Positions 33,362 through 34,787 of a stretch of DNA of 34,787 nt are shown here, in pieces (within the stretch, counting starts at the first letter, position 1; every line of letters starts with the position of its first letter). Position numbers and translations under genes: made by a program. The DNA is from Candidatus Micrarchaeia archaeon (GTDB lineage Archaea; Micrarchaeota; Micrarchaeia; Anstonellales; J096), in NCBI GenBank assembly GCA_041500865.1, contig JBGQMY010000010.1:1-34787 (forward strand), given 5' to 3'. The notes beneath the pieces are model-generated. The model did no database searches. It was not told the DNA's origin and saw nothing but the letters and a program-made list of their open reading frames with translations.

Positions 33362-34760
33362 AGTCCCTTTTGGTGGATTTCAGGAAATCCAGGTCGTTGT
33401 TGTAGAACGCCCTTATGTCATTCGTCTCCAGAATCATCATCAGCGGCCTTTCAAGGCTCAGGCCGAATGCAAGCACGGGATATGTGCAGCCCAGTATCTC
33501 GCAGACTTCGGGGCGGAAGATGCCGGCCCCGCCAATCTCTATCCATTCCTGCCTTGGCTCAAAGAACACCTCTATCTCCAGGCTGGGCTCGGTATAAGGA
33601 AAGTAGGACGGCCTGAACCTTATCTTCTCGAAGCCGAGCCTTGAGTAGAATGTTTTCAGCACGCCGAGGAGTTGCCTGAACGTTACGCTCTCGTCAGCGA
33701 TTATGCCCTCAACCTGGTGGAACTCCGCAAGGTGCTTGAAGTCTATCGCCTCGTTCCTGAATACCCTGCCTATGGCGAAGAACTTGCCCTTCTTCCTTTT
33801 TGCAAGGGTCCTTGCGCTGAGCACGGTCGTATGTGTCCTCAGTATTGTCTTTTTCGCCTCGTTTATGTCCCATTTGCAGTGCCAGCCCTTCTCGTGCACG
33901 GCTTTCGCCCTTTCCATTACGTCGTCCGGGACGTCGGCAAGGCTGCTGACCCTGTCTATGTAGAACGTGTCGGCAAGCTCCCTTGACGGATGGTCCTGTG
34001 GCTGGAAAAGGGCGTCGAAGTTCCAGAACGCCTCCTCCACGTAGTCCCCTTCCATCTCCTCAAAGCCCATGGATATGAATATGTCCCTTATTTTGTTTAT
34101 CGCATTTGTCAGCGGATGCGTCTTTCCGGATTCCTGCGCCGGGACGGTGTCTGGCGCGATGTTGAGCTCCGGGAATTTTGCGCCCTTCCAGCTTCCGGAT
34201 TTCACCATTTCCTGTGTCAGCGACTTCGCGCCGCCTTCGCTGCCTTCGCTGGTTTCAAACGCCTTGCCTTCATCCGTTATTTTCGCGGATATGGCCTTTG
34301 ACGAGAACTCCTCAACGTACCCCCTCCTTTTCAGCTCGGCGACGCTGTTTTTGTCCGCCTTTTCAGGGGATTTGAGCGCCGTTGCAAGCGGATATGACGC
34401 AGGATTCTTGCCCATCGGCTTTATCTTTCCGTTTTCGAGCGAGATGTATCCATAAGACTTCATTGGCCCCATGAAAGCGGCAAGCTCCGCAGGGACCTCC
34501 TTTACCGGCTTTCCTCCGTAATCCAGGAGCTTCAAATCAGGGAAAGATTGCAATGCTGCCTTTCCCTTTTCCGTAACCCTTATGCCATTGGACTCCTCAA
34601 CGCGCATTGACGCGAGGCCTTTCTGGCTCAGGAAGAAAACGCCCCTCCTTGCCCCGTCCTCGTTTAGCCCCGTCTCTTTGCATATGGCGGGAATGCCCTT
34701 TTCCTTGCCGTCTTTGAGCGCCTTCAGCGCAAGCCCCTCGTTCTGGCTCAGGCTTGTCAT
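33342..34760 (-). CDS. pheS: Phenylalanyl-tRNA synthetase alpha subunit (archaeal type)
   Basis: N-terminal wHTH extension, WNFDALFQPQDHPSRE, LRTHTT, FRNE, FHQVEG, YFPYTEPS, GAGIFRPE, GLSLER. Confidence 0.97.
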   Translation of the reverse strand: MTSLSQNEGLALKALKDGKEKGIPAICKETGLNEDGARRGVFFLSQKGLASMRVEESNGIRVTEKGKAALQSFPDLKLLDYGGKPVKEVPAELAAFMGPMKSYGYISLENGKIKPMGKNPASYPLATALKSPEKADKNSVAELKRRGYVEEFSSKAISAKITDEGKAFETSEGSEGGAKSLTQEMVKSGSWKGAKFPELNIAPDTVPAQESGKTHPLTNAINKIRDIFISMGFEEMEGDYVEEAFWNFDALFQPQDHPSRELADTFYIDRVSSLADVPDDVMERAKAVHEKGWHCKWDINEAKKTILRTHTTVLSARTLAKRKKGKFFAIGRVFRNEAIDFKHLAEFHQVEGIIADESVTFRQLLGVLKTFYSRLGFEKIRFRPSYFPYTEPSLEIEVFFEPRQEWIEIGGAGIFRPEVCEILGCTYPVLAFGLSLERPLMMILETNDIRAFYNNDLDFLKSTKRDFIGAKE

Positions 34761-34787
34761 TGGGAATCTCCCTTCTTGGAGGACTGC

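Overview
Archaeal chromosomal segment, probably DPANN (Micrarchaeota-like); this placement is inferred from compact, divergent archaeal housekeeping genes plus a gyrase. The core genes are mre11, lonB, intein-containing gyrB, serS, tmk, pdaD, ATP-dependent DNA ligase, pus10, a prepilin peptidase, sppA, Pop5/Rnp2, a CPHC-thioredoxin/CcdA pair, cca, pheS and tRNA-His. Eight ankyrin-repeat genes (about 5.3 kb, ~15% of the window) are scattered among them. All eight share one architecture: basic disordered leader, N-cap, 1-7 variable repeats, and a helix-Gly-helix tail ending in an invariant F-x3-F-x2-C followed by only 2-4 residues (CaaX-like spacing). Five of them share a TATA + TT(T/C)GCC promoter motif, and four show leader/repeat module shuffling. 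This is the best candidate for an undescribed system: a diversified binder/effector library with a common C-terminal Cys tag. Non-coding finds include a complete C/D-box guide sRNA (28021-28083, minus) predicted to target the 23S A-loop U2552 equivalent, a ~45-bp hairpin repeat directly 3' of both stable RNA genes, a REP-like palindrome caught as a clean insertion in a 65-bp tandem duplication, and an IS200/IS605-like end hairpin. Bacterial-type signalling genes (membrane Hanks kinase, GAF-HD-GYP) are also present.
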